Source: Nitrospirota bacterium (GTDB taxonomy: Bacteria; Nitrospirota; Thermodesulfovibrionia; Thermodesulfovibrionales; Dissulfurispiraceae). From it: a DNA stretch of 64,000 bases. This document shows positions 61,286 to 64,000 of the stretch, piece by piece (positions within the stretch are counted from its first letter, which is position 1; every line of letters begins with the position of its first letter). The position numbers and the translations under genes were made by a program. The notes below the pieces were generated by a model. That model was not told the DNA's origin and made no database searches. It was given only the letters and a program-made list of their open reading frames with translations. Where the stretch lies: contig CAWAQG010000005.1 of NCBI GenBank assembly GCA_963784135.1, positions 46,823 to 110,822 on the forward strand. The letters run 5' to 3'.

Positions 61286-61358
61286 ATTGACATACTGACA
61301 CCGGGAAATGTGTATAATATAATACTTTTTGTTTCCGAATGCTAAGGAGGGGAAATAA

Positions 61359-61928
61359 GTGATTAGAACTTTTCGTGACGCAGCCATTGCAATAGTCGTT
61401 GCCGGACTTGTTATGACAGCAGGATGCAAAAAAACAGAGCCGCAGCCCGCATCAACTCAGCTCCCTCCCCAAGCCGGCAAGGGGGAAACTGGACCGACGG
61501 CCCAGGCAGGTGTTCCAATCGAGGCACAACAGCTCTTGCAGCAGGGGATAAAGCACGTGAAGTCGCATAACTACAACAGTGCTCTAAAAGAATTTACCCT
61601 GGCAATCGAGAAATATCCGAAGTTCGATTTCGCATATACATGCAGGGCAGTGGCATACATCGAGCAGAAAAAGTTCAAACAGGCGGAAGAGGACTTCAAT
61701 AAGGCCCTTGAGATTAATCCCAATAACTCCATTACATACTATAATCTTGCAGCACTGTATTCACTTCAGGACCAACCGGACCGTGCACTTGATTCCCTTG
61801 ACCATGCTTTGTCACTCGGCTTCAACAACTATAATTTCCTGCTTAATGATCCTGATTTGAAAAAGGTGCGCAAGCACCCGAAGTTCAACAAGTTATTGGA
61901 AAAATATAAAGCACCCACTTCAAAATAG
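61359..61928 (+). CDS. TPR-repeat lipoprotein
   Basis: Lipobox (MTAGC) and three TPR units (YNSALKEF..., AEEDFNKALEINPNN...). GTG start. Confidence 0.65.
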   Translation: MIRTFRDAAIAIVVAGLVMTAGCKKTEPQPASTQLPPQAGKGETGPTAQAGVPIEAQQLLQQGIKHVKSHNYNSALKEFTLAIEKYPKFDFAYTCRAVAYIEQKKFKQAEEDFNKALEINPNNSITYYNLAALYSLQDQPDRALDSLDHALSLGFNNYNFLLNDPDLKKVRKHPKFNKLLEKYKAPTSK

Positions 61929-61967
61929 AGGGGCGTTTAAACAAGCACGCATCTTGAACAAATGGAG

Positions 61968-62738
61968 CTAAGCCTTCTTGCGCAGATACAACATTATTAT
62001 GCCTGCCGACAGCATGGACAGACACAATACCTGTCCCATAGTCAACATGCCGAGGACATAACCGAGCTGCTCATCAGGCTCTCTGAAAAACTCTGCAAAA
62101 AACCTGAACGCCCCGTACAAAATCAGGAACAGCGAGGTCAGTATCCCGGGCTTATAATGTTTTCTTCTCAATATCCAGAGCACAACAAACAGGACCACTC
62201 CTTCAAGAAAGAATTCGTAAAGCTGCGACGGGTGACGCGGCGCAGGCCCCCCTGTGGGGAAGACCATGGCCCACGCCACATCGGTCACCCTGCCGTACAA
62301 CTCTCCGTTTATAAAATTGCCCAGCCTTCCGAGACCGAGCCCGACTGGAGCGGTAACAATGATGAGATCCGCTGTATGCCAGAAATCGAGCTTGAATTTT
62401 TTACAGAACAGGAACCCTGCAATGACGCTCCCGATAAGTCCGCCATGAAAAGACATGCCGCCGTGCCAGACTGCAAACAGCTCCAGGGGATGGCCGAGGT
62501 AAAAGGAAAGATTGTAAAACACGACGTAACCCAGCCTTGCACCTGCCAGAAGACCGAGTATGAGATATGAATAAAGGGAGTCTACATCCACCCTATTCCG
62601 GCTTCCGGACTTTTTAAGCTGATACCGCACGAGAAGATATGATGATGCAAATCCGATCAGGTACATCATCCCGTACCACCTGACCGCCAATGGCCCGAAC
62701 CTGACAATTTCAGGATTAATATTTGGATACCGCAGCAC
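61968..62738 (-). CDS. lgt: Prolipoprotein diacylglyceryl transferase
   Basis: VRWYGMMYLIGF, GGMSFHGGLIG and GRLGNFINGELYGR signatures. Confidence 0.9.
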   Translation of the reverse strand: MLRYPNINPEIVRFGPLAVRWYGMMYLIGFASSYLLVRYQLKKSGSRNRVDVDSLYSYLILGLLAGARLGYVVFYNLSFYLGHPLELFAVWHGGMSFHGGLIGSVIAGFLFCKKFKLDFWHTADLIIVTAPVGLGLGRLGNFINGELYGRVTDVAWAMVFPTGGPAPRHPSQLYEFFLEGVVLFVVLWILRRKHYKPGILTSLFLILYGAFRFFAEFFREPDEQLGYVLGMLTMGQVLCLSMLSAGIIMLYLRKKA

Positions 62739-62851
62739 CTCATGCCTCCTAAAGTTGAATGTATCCGATATTATACTATGAATCCGGTCCTTAATTGAGC
62801 TATCGCAGGCAAGGGTAGCGGGTCACTTGTCCCACTTCCCCCATTAACTTT

Positions 62852-63193
62852 TTACTTCTTCTTTTTTGCCAATTTATAAATAAGGTAAACAACGCCTGCC
62901 AGGACAACGCCGGGAAGTAAAAGGAAAGCGATGGGCAGCAAAGGGAAGAACACCACAATAAAGATGCCGAAAACTATTAAAAGCCCTGCAATAAGAATAA
63001 GGGTCGAAGGTATTACAATGACTAACACCGCGGCAAGGATTACCAGCGCTAAATACGCCGCTATGTAACCCCCTACGCCCGTCACTTTGTTGCCGTTTAT
63101 GAGGATAGTTGTTCCCGTGAAATAGTTGATTACCGTTGCCAGCAGCAATATTACAAATATAACAACCATTATTTTTTTAATATTCATATTCAT
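62852..63193 (-). CDS. Small hypothetical membrane protein
   Basis: Three hydrophobic helices and a KKKK tail. The start is set at the internal Met. Confidence 0.4.
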   Translation of the reverse strand: MNMNIKKIMVVIFVILLLATVINYFTGTTILINGNKVTGVGGYIAAYLALVILAAVLVIVIPSTLILIAGLLIVFGIFIVVFFPLLPIAFLLLPGVVLAGVVYLIYKLAKKKK

Positions 63194-63241
63194 TCCCCAT
63201 ACTTCTATAATACTACAACTTCCCATTCGCTATGGAAGGGA

Positions 63242-63407
63242 GCGGCAGGGGCAGGCTGTTTATCGGAGCGCTGAAACTACTCTCATTGCCAGAGACAATT
63301 CGTTATAGTGGCCCTGTCCGTACACATTCTCGGTTGGGGCTCGGCGTTACTCGCCCCTGCTGGAGCAGACCCGTGCATCGCCCCGATAAACAGCCTGCCC
63401 CTGCCGC
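63242..63407 (+). repeat. Structured repeat element, copy 1: 25-bp perfect closing stem around conserved core blocks
   Basis: GCGGCAGGGGCAGGCTGTTTATCGG (63242-63266) pairs perfectly with 63383-63407. Core blocks are GCGCTGAAACTAC, TGGGGCTCGGCG, TTACTCGCCCCT and AGACCCGTGCATCGC. Confidence 0.7.
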
Positions 63408-63426
63408 ACCAATATAAATTAATAGC

Positions 63427-63639
63427 AGGAGAAGGGGAGCACTTGTTTTCCGACGCGATGCACGGGTCTATTGTAAAAGGGGCGAGTAACCTGCACCCCA
63501 AAAAGTCTTTGACTTTTTGGGGACCCCGTGCGCCGAGCCCCATCTGAGAAATGATCAGGATGTCGCTGCCATGAAAGAATTGGGAATTGCCGACGAAAGT
63601 AGTTTCAGCGCGTCGAAAAACAAGTGCTCCCCTTCTCCT
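63427..63639 (-). repeat. Structured repeat element, copy 2 (inverted): 30-bp closing stem of different sequence around the same core blocks
   Basis: AGGAGAAGGGGAGCACTTGTTTTCCGACGC pairs 29/30 with 63610-63639. The four core blocks are present in reverse orientation, with an extra hairpin CCCCAAAAAGTC-ttt-GACTTTTTGGGG inserted between two of them. Confidence 0.7.
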
Positions 63640-63649
63640 GTCTTCCCTA

Positions 63650-64000
63650 CTATTTGGCCTTCAAATTTACATATTTCGCATTATAAATGCCGTCTATTTT
63701 CTGTAATTGCTCAAGTATGCCGCCGGTTACAGGCTCATCTATGTTCAAAATCATCATGGATTCGCCTCCTGCCAGTGCGCGGACTTTTCTTCCTACCTGC
63801 ATCATGGATATATTAATGTTCTCTTTGCTTAACAGCGTTGCCACCTGGGCCACCATGCCAGGCTTGTCTTTATGAGGCAGCACCAGCATATGCTCGGCAG
63901 GCTCAATACTTGTGTGATAACCATTAATTCCAAGAATTCTCGGGATATCATTGCCTATAATGGTACCTGTCGTCTTATTTGTTTCTCTGTCCGTAGTCAG
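63650..64000 (-). CDS. serA: D-3-phosphoglycerate dehydrogenase, C-terminal (ACT domain) part; 5' end outside window
   Basis: The frame is open to the window end. HMLVLPHKDKPGMVAQVATLLSKENINISMMQVGR is the typical SerA ACT domain. Confidence 0.7.
   Translation of the reverse strand: MTTDRETNKTTGTIIGNDIPRILGINGYHTSIEPAEHMLVLPHKDKPGMVAQVATLLSKENINISMMQVGRKVRALAGGESMMILNIDEPVTGGILEQLQKIDGIYNAKYVNLKAK

Noticed and set aside
63232-63547. Several 60-86-aa ORFs on both strands between the membrane protein gene and serA.
   Set aside because: They are mirror images created by the inverted structured repeats. They have no SD and stop or start inside the stems.

Overview
This 64-kb chromosomal window comes from a Gram-negative, apparently anaerobic bacterium. 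The taxonomic guess is inference only: sigma54 regulators, many Fe-S/Tat redox proteins, and an LPS assembly protein LapB homologue. I can support about 65 protein genes, one tRNA-Leu(CAG), five mobile elements, and several families of intergenic hairpins. There is no rRNA and no CRISPR array.

Layout:
- 1-11 kb: housekeeping genes (uvrA-like, cyclophilin, fumC, rsfS/rlmH, lapB-like), interrupted by an IS1202-group IS.
- 11-21 kb: a haem-c sensor kinase and two near-identical sigma54 response-regulator paralogues. The paralogues bracket a cassette of a ClC chloride channel, a TauE/SafE-family permease and a major-facilitator (MFS) transporter, which carries a textbook -24/-12 promoter.
- 21-27 kb: a Tat/Fe-S redox cluster of unknown function, plus a glutaredoxin-like/ferredoxin-thioredoxin-reductase (FTR)-like pair.
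- 27-32 kb: an IS-rich patch at the 3' side of tRNA-Leu. It holds a Y1/RAYT-like (REP-associated tyrosine transposase) gene with perfect flanking inverted repeats, a second IS1202-group copy inserted into one of those repeats, and an IS3 splitting an ankyrin lipoprotein gene.
- 32-38 kb: glnS, gltX, malQ.
- 38-58 kb: the most interesting part. Seven arrays of 11-bp-phased TGTAACA/TGTCATA direct repeats (Pho-box-like) sit in front of successive operons that end in pstSCAB-phoU. These operons encode phosphorus-free-lipid enzymes (OlsB/OlsA-like, GT21 glycosyltransferase, GH1, PHP) and an EAL-CBS-GGDEF protein. They also encode five paralogous small Cys4 proteins with invariant Cys spacing. The locus further combines four cysteine-free heavy-metal-associated-like domains with a PGRxR motif (HMA2/CoBaHMA-like), a DUF5132-like protein, a 22-residue-repeat amphipathic protein, a SERCA-like P-type ATPase and a divergent MetK. 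I consider this locus a candidate undescribed cation-handling or compartment-type system.
- 58-64 kb: sspB-like, dsbC-like, an IS1380-family element, lgt, two inverted structured repeat elements with covarying stems, and the 3' end of serA.

All functional calls rest on motif recognition by eye. No database search was run.
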